The notes: generated by a model from the sequence alone, not told the origin. Positions 28,555 through 48,093 are shown, counted from the first letter of the stretch. The stretch is DNA of 64,000 nucleotides from Eledone cirrhosa (GCA_964016885.1 OZ024742.1:153450001-153514000); one strand, 5' to 3'. Numbers and translations are program-made.

Positions 28555-29185
28555 AACATGTATGTGTGTGTGTGTGTGTGTGAATATGTACATATATATT
28601 TATACTAGCTGACGTACCCAGCTTCGCCCGGCTAAACGTATGATAAGAGAAGAGAGGTAAAAGGGAAAATGACTGTATTGGATGTCTGTATGGTTACAGT
28701 ATGAGGCAAGTCCGTGGTGTCTGTGTGATACGAAAAACAGTAAAAAAAACTTCCAGGCATAACAGATTCTTCGTTGTACCCTTTCTGCGTAGTATATGAA
28801 TAATTCTAGGTGCTCCTATAATTCATCTTCTGCCTGACTGTAAAACGTGTATCATAGCATATACGTGGTTGTTCCACGTTTCTCAAAAGGATGATGGAAT
28901 TTCCAATTTTTTATATTATATGTAGATATAGATATAGATAATTAATATAAAAGATGTCCGTCAATGTAAAAAACGTCCCTATTTACTTGAAATAGTTTAT
29001 ACAAATTCCAAATTAATATGGATATGGATAACATGCTTATCTATTATTTGCTCATTAGTGGAAATCGAGTGGAGAACACTATCGACTAATTCTCTCTGAG
29101 ATTGGGTCAACATTGGCATACGTTCATCCACAATACAGTGGATCACACGGAATAGTTCCCTCCGATCGAGTGGCAACCGTCTAAG

Positions 29186-30493
29186 CTACAATATCATATT
29201 CAATGATAAGACACGTTGCCGCATTTCTTCATCAGGAATTGGCAAATTGAAATCTCTTAAACATTTGAAATGAACTTGAAGCAGTTGCTCATAATTGAGC
29301 AAAATAATAGCTTTCATCAAATGTTCATCATCGACCTGAAGATGATGCCTAAAATCATCAGCCATAATTCCCCAATGGCGTTCAAATAACTCTCTTGGAT
29401 CGGCAGGATTGCAGAATCCTAGAATCGTGACAAACAACTGCCCTATTTGAACTGGCATCTGTGTTGTTCCTGCAGCTTCCATGGCATTCAGCATCATCCT
29501 GAAAGAGTCCCATATGCTGACACACAGCCTGGTATATTTCATATTCCACGCCATTGATTGTTTTCAAATCAGCGAAGCTCTGTTTACCTCTCGAAAAATC
29601 ATTATGCAACATAATTTGGAGATAAAACACATCACCAGATTCTGGATGAACATTACAAACCCGTCCACTAGTCATGAATCTCAACTTTTGTTTTCTATCA
29701 TTCCATTTCTTTCCCTTCTCATCCCACGTATAGTGCGAAGGGAAATCGCAGTAGAGTTGCCTTTGATCAGGGTTCAAAGGATGTGCCCTATTATGCTTGA
29801 ACCACTCAGTCAAGGAGGTAGTGCGTTAGCAATTCTTTCGACACCTCTTCTAGTGTCCTGAAAACAGACCATTTGCCTATTCTCTAAGTGAACCGTCAGT
29901 TTCTGAACGCTGGGTTTGCGTTCATTGAGATTAAAATGGAACAATCTCCAGCAAGCTTCGCTAGATCCAATAGAGCGAACATAATGGAACCTGCCAACTT
30001 CATCTCCATGGTTCGCTTCCTCATTCCTGACATTGATCATGGCCCGATAATGACCTTTGTAAACATATTTGAATAGATATTTGCAAGCTTTCACTGAGCT
30101 ACACATTTCCACAGTAATATGACAACGATATATCATAATCAAATATGGATTGTATGGCACAACCCGTTGATTTGTAACCTGTCGACCGTTTACATTTTCA
30201 ACCAAACCGCCATCTGCAGGCGACCGTCTGCTGTATGAGGGATGAGTATCCCCATCGTTCCAGGAAGTGTTCGTGACAAAAGATTTCGGAAACTGCTTAC
30301 TACATCGGCCATTTTTCATGCAAGGCGTTTTCTCATTTGCAACTCCGCATTGGTTGTGCACCATTGACTTTGCCACCAAGTTGCGTAGTGCCTCATTCTC
30401 CGGCAGTTCAGCACACACAATGCTGTCGACATCTTCAGCACATCTCAATTTGCAATCTCTATGTAAAATGATCAGAAAATGTGCATGTGGCAA
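29186..30493 (-). pseudogene. Helitron Rep HUH/Y2 catalytic region and linker, frameshifted
   Basis: PHAHFLI, MVHNQCG..PCMKNGRCSKQFPK, VVPYNPYL, KYLFKYVYKG, EACWRLF, LYCDFPSHYTW. Confidence 0.9.
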
Positions 30494-30561
30494 TCCTCTT
30501 TTTGGAATTCAATTACGTATGTAAAAGCAACTAAACCTCCAAAGATTTCCTCTTTTCCACA

Positions 30562-31413
30562 TCATCCATTATCTTTTTCAGATATCATTTCGAATCCTCT
30601 TGCCTCAACATCAGTACGGTCCTTTGGCTGTTGTCCTGGCAAAAGTGCATCCTTAATATCAGTACATTCAGGATTGCATGTAACCGTTATAAACAAACCT
30701 GTCTTTCCAAACTTTCTGACAATAGCCATTGCATCCTGATAGCGAATGTTCATATATCTCGGGCCGCCGATGAACGACGATGGCAAAATGATGCGTCGAT
30801 CAATTTGCTTGTAATTGGCATCATCGGCTGTTATCGCATCCTGTATATTATTATACAATTCAGCTCTGATATGTTGCTGATGTATAGCTATATAATTTAG
30901 CCTTTGATGTTCGATCTTTGCGAATGCCATACAACAGTATTCCTGGGACAATCTGTTGGCTTGAAATAGCGCATTTCTCTGCTGATTCCTCCTGTTCAAA
31001 TGGAACGCGTAAAAGTCGCGGATCGAATTATTGTGTCTATTGCCACCTCCCTGTTGATGCTGATTCTCATGATCATCTAAATGAACAGACATGTTCCATC
31101 CATTTTCACCTTTTCGGATTAAAAGAACATAATGCAATGGATAGTATGCCCTATTTGACTCATTGATAGTCTTGAGACCACCATCTCTGCGATTGAGGAC
31201 GATATCTCTCGATCGAGCCTTATCGTTCATCAACACAGCAACTTCACGAAATCCTTCAGGGTCATTATATCGCCGTTCGTGTTGATTCCTTGGCACTGCG
31301 TCAGTCCTAACCACCAATGTTTTCTGCTGAACATTTTGCAGTTCAGCCACCAACATGAAATCCATAACATAAGGATTACACTGCTTAAGCCATGATTGCA
31401 AATCACGGATCAA
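30562..31413 (-). pseudogene. Helitron Rep N-terminal segment
   Basis: 283-aa ORF with YYPLHYVLL..GENGW, RLSQEY and GGPRYM motifs. Confidence 0.9.
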
Positions 31414-32574
31414 ATCAGTTAACCTAATGATGCAACTGCATAGATCTTCGTTTTAATATCCTTCCCACTTATACACTAACATAGAGGAAGGACAGAGGAC
31501 ACATGTCTCTTTCCTAACGCGTCCTTAGTTAGAAATAGAATATTTTCATTATTGTAAACATATACAGATTGCCCTTTAGTACCAGCCGATTAGATTGCTA
31601 CAATACATGCACAGATCAATTACTCACAGCTTAAGCACGAGGCACAAATATATACGCCGCCATTCCTGTAGTGCAACAATGGCACGCCTGGTATATAGAG
31701 TAATTTGATACTATTATGCACACATAATTTTGTACTATTAAGCACCATCATAAAAAATTATAGCGTTAGCAATGTTAATGAAAGCTACTAGCTAGCATTC
31801 AATTCTATTACTTTTGCTAAGTTATTACGATGGCTATGATATACCTGATACAAAAAAACCTTGAGGTATTTCTTATATGAAATAGGAATCCTTAATACTG
31901 TAGATTCTTAGCTAACTGCGGTAGCTCGTGAACCGAAATAACTAGAACTATCTTTAAGATTAATGGGAGATATTTTGGTGTTTTGAATACGAAAAATTAA
32001 TGAAGAAGGCGCCTTTCCCGGGCCAGAGAGCAACTGATGACTAGAAATTTATACGAGGTGGGGATACAGTAATAAATTATATATGCTTACCCTTTAAGCA
32101 AATCGTAAATAAAAATAAAATAAACAAACACATAAATTAACTACCCTAATCCCTTTGACTTAAATAATGCCGAAATTAAAATTTATCTCGTTTTTTTGTT
32201 TTTTTCTTTTCTAAATTACAGTAGCTAAGTACAATCTCATTTTACAGATAAGAAATTAGATTTGAGAAGGTAGAATTCTCTCTTAATTGCGTGTATACTC
32301 TACTAGTAAGCCTAATACCTTCACGTCAATAGGTCTAGTCACACACTTTCTCCTTCTTTTCATTCCGTCTAGCCCCTTCATTGCTGCACTGAATGTAATA
32401 AAACTAGATAATTCAAGTCGTTTATCGGGATAAAGATGGACTAAACCAGATATCTTTACGAAGACGTACATTAGGCCAAATGTAGCCCCATATCTCCCCA
32501 CCCCGATCGCTAAACCCTCCCTGAGAAAAACGAAAAACAAAAAAACAAGGGACATTTTGAGATTTTTTGGGGCA

Positions 32575-32766
32575 TAGACGGTCTGCCCATATATGGACTA
32601 TATCCCGTGAGGAGTTCAGTTAGATACCCGCCGTTCGAATACCGACGCTTTAGTTCGGATCTAGATGTTGAAACGGCTGCAGCTCAGCCGACGGGGTCCT
32701 GAATTGTGAATTGTTTCATATTACCCCAAGTATTGAGTACTTTGGTAATTAATTGTCTAACCTTAG

Positions 32767-32814
<48 letters not shown>

Positions 32815-32960
32815 GTGTCTCTGTGTGTGTGTGTGTGTGTGTGCGTGTGTGTGTGTGTGTGCGTGAACAATTCGTAAACTGAACTGAACCGACGGTATTC
32901 TGGCGGCGGGAAAACATCCTCACGAGGTAAGGTGAGACCATATATGGGTAGACAGTCTGT
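32575..32960. repeat. Old diverged inverted repeat around a microsatellite
   Basis: agacggtctgcccatatatgg..cgtgagga..cccgccg..gaatacc versus ggtattc..cggcggg..tcctcacg..ccatatatgggtagacagtct. Confidence 0.6.
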
Positions 32961-32994
32961 ACATAAAAAAGGTATAAATATATATATATATATA

Positions 32995-34000
32995 TAACGT
33001 TAAAAGAGATAGAAGGCTAAACAATGCAATATGTACTGTAACAAAAAGTAAAAGTAACTTACCTGGTAATATTTGTTGTTCTTCTTTTATGTTTCGAATA
33101 TTCCGGGACCTGAATCGAAGGCGGCGTAGGCATAAGCCCTGCTCTAACTGCTGTTTCATGAAATTACCACATTGCAGTGAAAGCATAACCTCGCTATCCG
33201 CAGAACTATCTACAAAGAAGGGCTGGACATACAATTAGCACACTCAGGTCCTTCACTGAGTGGATACCTCTCTAAAAGGCATTCCACATATAACAACAAT
33301 CAATGCTCGCTGATTAACCGCCCTATCCGTGATACAGATATGTGCCAGCGGACACATGTGGAATACCAAATTGAATGCAACAAATATAAAGAGTTCTACA
33401 TTGGCAGAACAACTGGAAACCACCACAATCGCATTGAAGAAAACCTCAACACACACGCATCCTCATTCCAAAAAACACATCGACAAATGAAATGTAGAAA
33501 CATCAACCAGTATATTACCGTTAACATTAAAGCCAGTGAGAGAAATGTTGGCAATTCAAAAATTAAGGAAGCCTTGCCCATACGTCGACTCAACCAGCAA
33601 ATAAATAATAGATTAGAACTCAGCACACAGAAATTGATATAAAAAGATATGCCCACGGGCATACAAACTAAACATCTCATAGAAAAAAGATAATTGATTT
33701 CGCGAAATACTATATTGGCAATTGACGTCATTCTCGTGGAAAGCGAAATAACCATGAAAAAAGGCTTGAAAACAACTTTAAAACAAAATCCAAATTTAAT
33801 CCCCAAAAGAAGGAATTGGAATATTATCCACTGAAAGATCCTTAAACCCTGATAAAGCGACTTTTAGGCCCCGAAATATTGGACAGATAAACGAACAAAA
33901 AGGAAAAGGATTACCAGGTAACTTAACTTGACCTTTCGTTGCTTCATCTTACAGTCCATTTTGCATTGTTTAGTCTTCTATCTCTTTCAACGTTATATAT
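32995..34000 (+). mobile_element. Decayed PLE GIY-YIG fragment with an inverted tail arm (32995-33115 versus about 33865-33997)
   Basis: VEYQIECNKYKEFYIGRTT..KIKEALPIRRLNQQINNRLE resembles 42286-43137. Confidence 0.8.
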
Positions 34001-34168
34001 TATATACAATGCTTCAAGCCAACTACAACACTATATATATATATATATATATATACAATATTAAATAAATGGAAACTATATTTATAAAACCATATTTATT
34101 TCATTATATATATTTCATTATATATATTTATATATATATGATAATATCAAATGTTACCTATATTATAA

Positions 34169-34204
<36 letters not shown>

Positions 34205-34354
34205 TTATAATATAGGTAACATTTGATATTATCCAATTACAAGTTTGAGAATAGCTCAATGTAAAATAACAAGTATATTACAGAGCCGAGATGCTTTATA
34301 AACAACAATCAAAGAGTGTTTAGGGCATTTATATATGTGTATATATATATATAT

Positions 34355-34837
34355 ATTGTTATACTTTGAGAGGGTCTTGATACCAATAAGAAACACACGC
34401 ACCAGTTGCTTTCACTCCAATTTATTATAAATTAAATTTATAAATTTAAGAATTTATAAATTTCCGGTTGGTTGGTTCCATAACCGGACGGTTGTTCATA
34501 TATACTCAAAGTTATTTCGTCACACATTCTGTGACCTCTTCAGTGACTGGGTATTCTTTTCTTTGTTTTGTGCCTCTCCTTTGTTCTGTCCTTTGTTCTG
34601 GCGTAGGACAGAAAGGAGAGGCACAAAACAAAGAAAGGAATCCCCAGTCACTGAAGAGGTCACATAATGTGTGACGAAAGAACTTTATGAACAACCGTCC
34701 GGTTATGGAACCAACCAACCGGAAATTTATAAATTTAATTTATAATATATTGGCAACATCACCCTCTCAAAGTATAACAATATCGGTTTCAACACATGTT
34801 TTCAGATAAATAATCTTGCTAAACAAATTCAGAAACG

Positions 34838-34840
<3 letters not shown>
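34355..34840. mobile_element. pLTR-only fold-back of the 22018/25205 PLE family, HHRs at 34504-34548 (minus) and 34646-34690 (plus)
   Basis: Arms are reverse complements around about 34600; agtcaCTGAAGAggtcac..gtgacGAAA. Confidence 0.88.
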
Positions 34841-34936
<96 letters not shown>

Positions 34937-34955
34937 GGCGTGTATATATATATGC

Positions 34956-35029
<74 letters not shown>

Positions 35030-36249
35030 ATATATATGGGTGTGTATGTGTGTGTGAGTGTGTCTTTGTATGTGCATCATGAAAATAATTTGCAGATTTT
35101 TCGCAGTACTAGGGCCTTGTGTTAGTGGCCTATTTAACTGACAATTCTATCCTGAAATACAAAGAAAAATATGTATGAATTTGAGTATTTATAGCAAAAG
35201 AATTGTTTCTGAATATGACAATAATTGTAATTCCCCGAAAGGAAACTTAAAGAGGAAACAGTTTTTCTTAAATTGTTGATAAAGTCGTATTATGTATATT
35301 AGATAAACATACACTTTGAGTTTTTTCCAACTCCAGACGGCTTTTTAATGTTAAATTCGCTATCACATACTTAATATTTACTGTAGAATCAGCTGAACTT
35401 TATATCTATTCATGACAGCTTTAAGTACTAGCATCTTTCCTCGTTACTTTGGAAAAGACTATGCTATTTTTTCTACTATTCATTACAAACGTAAATATTA
35501 GCACAAAGATATAAATTACTGACATCATATTGCCAATCGATATGTCATATTTCGCGACTCCAATCTTCCAATTTATGGATTCATGTGGATACGTTTTCAA
35601 ATAGTCAATATTAATAATACATTATATTATTTATTTTATTCGTATGCTTCTGATATACATGAACTAATTTCTCTGGTAATATATTATACTATTCTATTTT
35701 TGTTTTTGGTTTTGCAGAAAATAGAATTTAATCATTTTAAGAGTGATGATGGAGTGTCATTTGAAGTAGTAGCTTTACACAGGTTTCTCTGCTTCACTAC
35801 AGTAGTGTTTTGTCGAGGAATACAAACGACTAAAGGCTAATTGTGCAATGGCGTCAAAGTGGACATGAATTCTCTGGAGGAATTATTCATTTACTGAATT
35901 GCTAGCAGTTATTAGTTTTTTTTATAATTTCGATTCAGACAATTATATGTAGAGAGATCTAGAGTTACTATGCAACATTTAAAGGACCTGCGAGAATATT
36001 TTCTAAAATGTTATTAAAATAGGTGTGGACAAAACAATCAATAAAAAAGCATTAATTTGTGACACAGCATATTTAGCTATTTTATATTAAAAAAATTGGA
36101 TATATGAACGATACTAGATTCAATGGGAATGTATTTTTTATCAGGTGGAGGACTATACGCTTCTTAATATTCATATAGGTTCCTTACATCAGTCATGATT
36201 TTAATAGGGTTGCAGTGTGTAGCAACTAGGAAAAAGGTATATATATATA

Positions 36250-37612
36250 TAAAATTAGTCCTTCATCAGTGATCTTCCAACTTTCATTGGTATTTCATCG
36301 CTTTAAAAATCATATACCTCTAGTTGGTGCGAGCAATAACAAATGAAAGTTATTGGGACAAGTAAATTAGGGTGAAACGAGCGAGACATGTAAACAAACA
36401 ACGATGGTATGGCAACGGAAAGATAGGAAGAGACAAGTACATGATATCTGTAAGCTTAAGCTTGGTGAATTCATGAGCGAGAGATACAGACCATCCGACA
36501 TGGGTGAGATGTGAGCGAGAAAAGGATTTTGCACAGGTCAAACGCGAGGAGGTGAGAGAGGGGGAGAAGCAGAGAGTGAGTGAGTGGAAGTGTGAGGAAG
36601 AGACCAGCAGAATGAGAGTGTGACTGACATAGGGGTTAAAAGAGGAGAGAGTAAGAAGGAAACAGACAATCGCAGCTGAGGAAAAAATATAAATATGAGG
36701 AAAATGGAGCGCTGCGTGGTTGCACATGGGTTACATATGAATAAAATTAGTCCATCATCAGTGATCTTACAACTTTCATTGGTATTTTATTGCTTTAAAA
36801 ATCATATACCTCTAGTTGGTGCGAGCAATAACACATAAAGTTATTGGGACAAGTAAATTAGGGTGAAACGAGCGAGACGGAAAGATAGTAAGAGACAAGC
36901 ACATGAAATCTGAAAGCTTAAGCTTGGTGAATTCATGGGCGAGAAATACAGACCATCTGACATGGGTGAGATGTGAGCGAGAAAGGATTTCACCCCTAAT
37001 TTACTTGTCCCAATAACTTTATTTGTTATTGCTCGCACCAACTAGAGGTATATGAATTTTAAAGCGATGAAATACCAATTAAAGTTGGAAGATCACTGAT
37101 GATGGTCTAATTTTATTCATATGTAACCCATGTTCAGCCACGCAGCGCTCCATTTTTCTCATATTTATATTTTTTCCTCAGCTGCGATTGTCTGTTTCCT
37201 TCTTACTCTCTCCTCTTTTTACCCCATATGCCTGTCACACTCTCTCTCTGCTGGTCTCTTCCTCACACTTCCACTCATTCACTCTCTGCTTCTCCCCCTC
37301 TCTCACTTCCTCCCGTTTGACCTGTGCGAAATCCTTTTGCCGCTCACATCTCACCCATGTCGGATGGTCTGTATCTCTCGCCCATGAATTAACCAAGCTT
37401 AAGCTTACAGATTTCATCCGCTTGTCTCTTCTTATCTTTCCGTTGCCATACCAACGTTGTTTGTTTACATGACTCGCTCGTTTCACCCTAATTTACTTGT
37501 CCCAATAACTTTATTTGTTATTGCTCGCACCAACTAGAGGTATATGATTTTTAAAGCAATGAAATACCAATGCAAGCTGGACGATCACTGATGAAGGACT
37601 AATTGTATTCAT
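36250..37612. mobile_element. Non-coding fold-back of about 490-bp tandem units
   Basis: Unit restarts at about 36252 and 36744; inverted arm from about 36990; retains gatcaCTGATGAtggac; (TA)n flanks. Confidence 0.85.
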
Positions 37613-37901
37613 ATATATATATACATATATATATATATATCGGCATTCGATCGACTTTCGGCAAATCGGACCGGGCAAACTAGGTTTCCATTGGTTTCCC
37701 AATGGCTAAATGTATCCCTCGGTCCCACCAAAACTGTCTTGGTCAAGGAGGCATCACTCGGTCCAAGAATCCAACTCACAACCATGCGATTGCGAATCCA
37801 ATTCTCTAAACACTAGCAGTGCGCCTTCACAGGAACGAACACCATAGCGCATTCTATCCGACGTTCTAAAGATTCTGCCCATTCACCGGCTTATATATAC
37901 T

Positions 37902-37942
<41 letters not shown>

Positions 37943-38122
37943 ACATACAGACATACGGACAGACTTATATATATATATATATCATTTAACATTTAATATT
38001 CTACCATAATATTTCATTATAATATATTATAGTTTTAAAGGAGTGTAAATAAAATGAGTAAATCAGACAAAGTTGGACCTGCTTTTATTAATATAATCTT
38101 CTATACACAATCATACACATCC

Positions 38123-38169
<47 letters not shown>

Positions 38170-38170
<1 letters not shown>

Positions 38171-40475
38171 CTATTGTGTATATGCCAAAATGTCTGGAAA
38201 GCAACAAATGATATCAACAGAATCAGAAATAAATCTAAAGGAGATTTCATCGAAATTATCAACACTATCACCATGATTGACACACAATCGTCTATTTTAA
38301 AGGAAATAGATAAACAATCTACAGGCGGAAAACATATAACTGAACATATAAACTCTGAAATTAAGAATTTAGCTGAAACTATACCAACAGTTATCAAAGA
38401 TACAAAAGAAAACCTATAACAACACCTTTGGATGTCAGAACTAAACGAAAGAAATGTGGAAGACATGGAAAGAATTTCTTAACATAAGAAAACAAAACTT
38501 CTGGAAAGCATACATATGCGAAAAATATGTCGAAACACATTCGAAATGGCTTTCTCTAACGGCACCCATACTCCCTCGTAAATACCTAATTAAAGAAATT
38601 GCAGGACAGCCAGAAGAAGAAACAAACCCCGATGGGACCTTACACAATTGACAAAATTCAGGACATCTCCATTACTCAATGTAAACAATTCCGCTACAAA
38701 GCCAAATACGAAGCTATCGATGACCAAATTAAAGTCTAAATTTCAAAGCTAACGACTAGTAATATAGCTGAAAAACTACGAGAACTATGGATCAGAGATA
38801 TCTCAAAAGAAGAAAGCAAATCAAGAAATGTATGGCAGCAGAAAAAAATATTTCTCGACGAATATGCTGCAAATCACGGTAAAGACTCTGGAACTCTGAG
38901 AAAAAAGCATTAACAGTGGACAATCTCGCCAACATAACATACGCCGGAACAGGTGGCAACACAAACACTCACCTTACCTTGAATCAAAGAAGACTACGGT
39001 AAGAACTCTTCGATTCTTCTACAAAAACACCCTAACGCACACAACATGAACAAAAAGTACAAACACGATAGATATTCCTTTGACCAGACCATGAGAAGTA
39101 GAAAATCCAGGAGATCATTCTCAAGATCTCAACAGAGACAACCCACAAGGAACGGGGGGAAAAAACCGTAGAATAACGAGATCACTTTCAAGATCTCAAC
39201 AGAGATTACCCACAAGAAACTGGGTAAAAAACCGAACTAAACCTGAAAGCAAACCTAGGTCATTTTCCCAGTTGTTAAAAATAATGCTAACAAGAAATGG
39301 AAAAATAATATACATAATACCATAAATAGGACAAAAAACATAAGGAAATTAAGTATAATATCACGACCAAAAGTTCATCAAGCAAACACCAACAGGAATA
39401 TAAATCCTGAACAGAGAAAAATCTTTTTTTAACGTCATGACAAAAAAACCGGGGAAAAAAAAAACGGAAAAAAACGGAAAAAAACCCCAGGAGGAAACAT
39501 ATCTAAAACAATTGAACACGTAGATCCTAAAATAAGTAATTTATCCAAAAGAGATCTTGACAATGCGGAAATCCAAATTCTCTCAAAAGGACTGAAATTC
39601 ACACCGTCTCCAACAATCAACTATGACGAACTAAATGAGGATACCCGAGAATTCTGTCGTAAATTACTTGTAGAATTCTTCGTCGATAAAATTAATGAGA
39701 GTGATGAATCACTAGTAAAGAATAAATCAAATTTCCCTCCGCCAAAAGGAAGAAATATCTATCTCGACCAATACATTGATATCCTCTCTAAATTTCCTCG
39801 TAGACGTAACACTAATGCTAGGCCAAATATTTACAAATTGGAAATGTCTGCACTTAAACGTATACAAAATGATAAAACAATAACAATTAAACAATCAGAT
39901 AAAGGGGGTGAAATAGTGATAATGGATGCTGAATACTACAAAGATTTGGTTGAGGAACAACTGAAAGACACAACATTCAACCATGAAATACCGTCAAATA
40001 TAGACCACGACACCATGAAGAAGATCAACAACCTGGCTTCAAAATCACTTACTGATATGAAAGAGACTACATCACCAATGTTGAGCCAAAACACAGCAAC
40101 GTTTGTGGCTTACCAACAATTCATAAGTCAAAAGAAGTCCAACTGGCAGTAAAAGAACAAAAAGTGAGTACATTAAATTACTACACCCGAAAGACTTAAA
40201 ACTTAGACCTATTATAGCTGGTCCAACATGCCCTACCCACAGTCTAAGCAATTTTGTTGATATTATTTTGAAACCACTATGTATTCACATACCCAGTTTC
40301 ATCCGTGATGATATCGACTTCCTATTCCATCTTCCCAAAACCACGGAAACGAATTCACTTCTACTTAGTATTGATGTGGTAAGCTTTTACACCAACAATA
40401 CACATCATTTATGAATAAAGGTGGTTAAATACTGGATGGAAAAACATAGAGAAGTGATTCCCACCAGATTCACAG
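38170..40475 (+). pseudogene. Decayed PLE ORF (N-terminus and RT motifs up to about motif A)
   Basis: SNLSKRDL..ILSKGLKFTP, ITIKQSDKGGEIVIMD..Y, LRPIIAGPTCPTHSLSNFVDIILKPL, SFIRDDIDFL, SIDVVSFYTNI. Confidence 0.88.
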
Positions 40476-40872
40476 TGCCAATAATGTGCTCAAAGGAAAA
40501 GGAATTCTGAGCTCAGGATTCCTTTTCCTTTGAGCAGATTATTGACAGGGAATGACGAGAGTCTATGGCTCAGTCAATTTATCGTGATAGTTCGCTCCTT
40601 ATAACAGCCTTTCCTCTCTATCTGTTTGGGTGCGCACACTTCGAGTGGTTTTGGGGCTGCCCATTCTAGCAGCTCGTCCCTCAGATACCACTGGTTCACT
40701 GCCCTAAACACGCTGTGACATCTCTATGCCGCGTGTAGTTGGATGGTCGCTTTAGATTCTCTTTGAATTGTCTGGAATCTATAGTCTTGCACGCGCTGAT
40801 GAGCCACAGGCTATTCCATTTCGGTCAACAACTTCCTGGCGAAACAGATCTCTTTGGAGTTGTACGTATGTG

Positions 40873-41012
<140 letters not shown>

Positions 41013-41091
41013 CGGAGGAAATGTGGTAAGGAAGCATGTGGACCATAACTCACCAAAGTACTTAATACTTAGGGTAGTAGAGTGGGTAATG

Positions 41092-41201
41092 GGAACGAGT
41101 AGGACCCCGACAGCTGAGCTCAAGCCGTTTAGACGGCTAATTCAGTCCAGAATTAGCAGTCGACACGGCTTGAGCTCAGCCGTCGGTGTCCTACTCGTTC
41201 C
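41092..41201. repeat. About 110-bp imperfect palindrome
   Basis: ggaacgagtaggaccccgacagctgagctcaagccgt / acggcttgagctcagccgtcggtgtcctactcgttcc. Confidence 0.85.
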
Positions 41202-41530
41202 TATATATATATATATATATATATATCACGATAATTAAGAGGTGGGTATATATATTTTAATTTATATTTTTTTAATTAGCGTGTGTCTACCCTGCCTTCC
41301 ATAGAATATAGATTCCTTAAACTGGTGGTTTTCCTTGTTTTATTGATAGCACACTTTCTCTCTCTAGTGTGTTACCTTTTCAACATATTGTATTTTAAAG
41401 AGGCCAGGATTCCTTTTCCTTTGAGCACATTATTGACAGGAAATACCGAGAGTCTATGGCTCCGATAATTATCGTGATATATATATATATATATATATAT
41501 AAATATATATATATATACATAATATATATG

Positions 41531-43906
<2,376 letters not shown>

Positions 43907-44087
43907 TATATAAAATATATAAATATATATATATATAATATATATATATAAAATATATATATATATAATATATATATATACATAATATATATAATATATA
44001 ATATATATATATAAAATATATATATATATAATATATATATATACATAATATATATAATATATAATATAATATACATAATACATATAA

Positions 44088-44178
<91 letters not shown>

Positions 44179-44281
44179 TATATACATAATATATATATAT
44201 ATGTGTGTGTGTGTGTGAATGAAGTAATTCCGTCGGAAAGGTCCAGGAAAAAAGAGTGCTCTATGTAGGAAACAGAGCTTA

Positions 44282-46649
<2,368 letters not shown>

Positions 46650-46653
<4 letters not shown>

Positions 46654-47474
46654 ATAATAATAAAATTGAAAACTAAAATCCAAAGAGTTTTACGTCCGTA
46701 TGAGTGCGCAGGTTTGTACGTATGGTGGGTGTGTGTATATGTGTACTTCTTATTTTAGTTGACTTACGTCTCCGAACATTCGTGTATTTATATGTAGGTA
46801 TGCGTGTGCGATTGTTATATACGTATTTATTTACTTATATACGTTTATATAATTATTTATTTATTTATACACAAGCATACACACACACACATATTTATAT
46901 GTGCGTGGTTTTGTATACCCATGGTAAGGTTTTGCGTATGCTTGTGTATGTACGTATCTGTTTGCGTGTATGTATTTATTTGTTTCTATTACTTCTGTAT
47001 TGTATTTATTTACTTTGTTCTTAACTCTGTAGCGGAGATTAATTTGGTCTCCTAGTTAGAATTTTAGTCTACGATTTCTGCTATACCATTTACGTGGTTT
47101 TGTCTTTGCGTGCTATTGTTCTCAACGCTCCACATATGAATTATTATCTTCGTTTTTTCGTTCATTGCAAGAAAACGTTTCTATGCACCACCTAAGAGAA
47201 CATTAGTCTACGACCTCTTTTATACCATAAACGTGGTTTTGTCATTGCGCGTAATTGTTTTTCACCGCTCCTATTAATGACGTATTATTCGTTTTTTCCC
47301 GTTCTTTGCCAGCTAACGTTACCACGAACCAAAGTATCGTCTCCTGTCTTCCTCCGGTTGCAACGTTTTTTGAAATATCCAGTTCTGCGTTTACAGATTG
47401 ACTTTGTTAGTTTCAGAAGATCCCGATAAGGGTGAAAGCAGCGATTCTTTGCTTAAAATTTAATCTGTTATTTT

Positions 47475-47480
<6 letters not shown>
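46650..47480 (+). mobile_element. Longer copy of the 20244 family with a short inverted 5' arm; variant HHR at 47409-47459
   Basis: 47230-47480 matches 20244-20495; 46650-46687 is the inverted family 3' end. Confidence 0.7.
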
Positions 47481-47564
<84 letters not shown>

Positions 47565-47565
47565 C

Positions 47566-47628
<63 letters not shown>

Positions 47629-47777
47629 GATATATATATATATACATATATATTTACATATATATATATAGATATATAGATATAGATATATATATATATA
47701 CATAATATATATATATATATATGCATAATATATATATATATGTATATATATATATATTTATATATATATATATATAC

Positions 47778-47832
<55 letters not shown>

Positions 47833-48036
47833 ATATACATAATATATATATATATATACATATATATATACATATATATATACATTATATATATGTATAT
47901 ATATATATATATATATAGTAATAATAATACATTTGAAGACTAAAATCCAAAGTGGGCTCGATAAGGATAAACATATATCATATATAAGAACCGTAGAGCA
48001 AATATTTATTAAAATATCAGATAATCTGGTATTTTA

Positions 48037-48093
<57 letters not shown>

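Larger units (their letters stand above)
28605..31430 (-). mobile_element. Helitron: decayed Rep domain, helicase mostly deleted, canonical 3' end
   Basis: Motifs ILPSSFIGGPRYM..YQDAMAIVRKFGK..FITVTCNP, HUH motif PHAHFL and KYLFKYVYKG. Minus strand ends in a ccgggcgaagctggg hairpin, then CTAG/T at 28605. Confidence 0.92.

Noticed and set aside
35130-36240. Possible host exon in unique-looking AT-rich sequence
   Set aside because: No recognisable protein similarity or convincing splice structure by eye; a short exon cannot be excluded.
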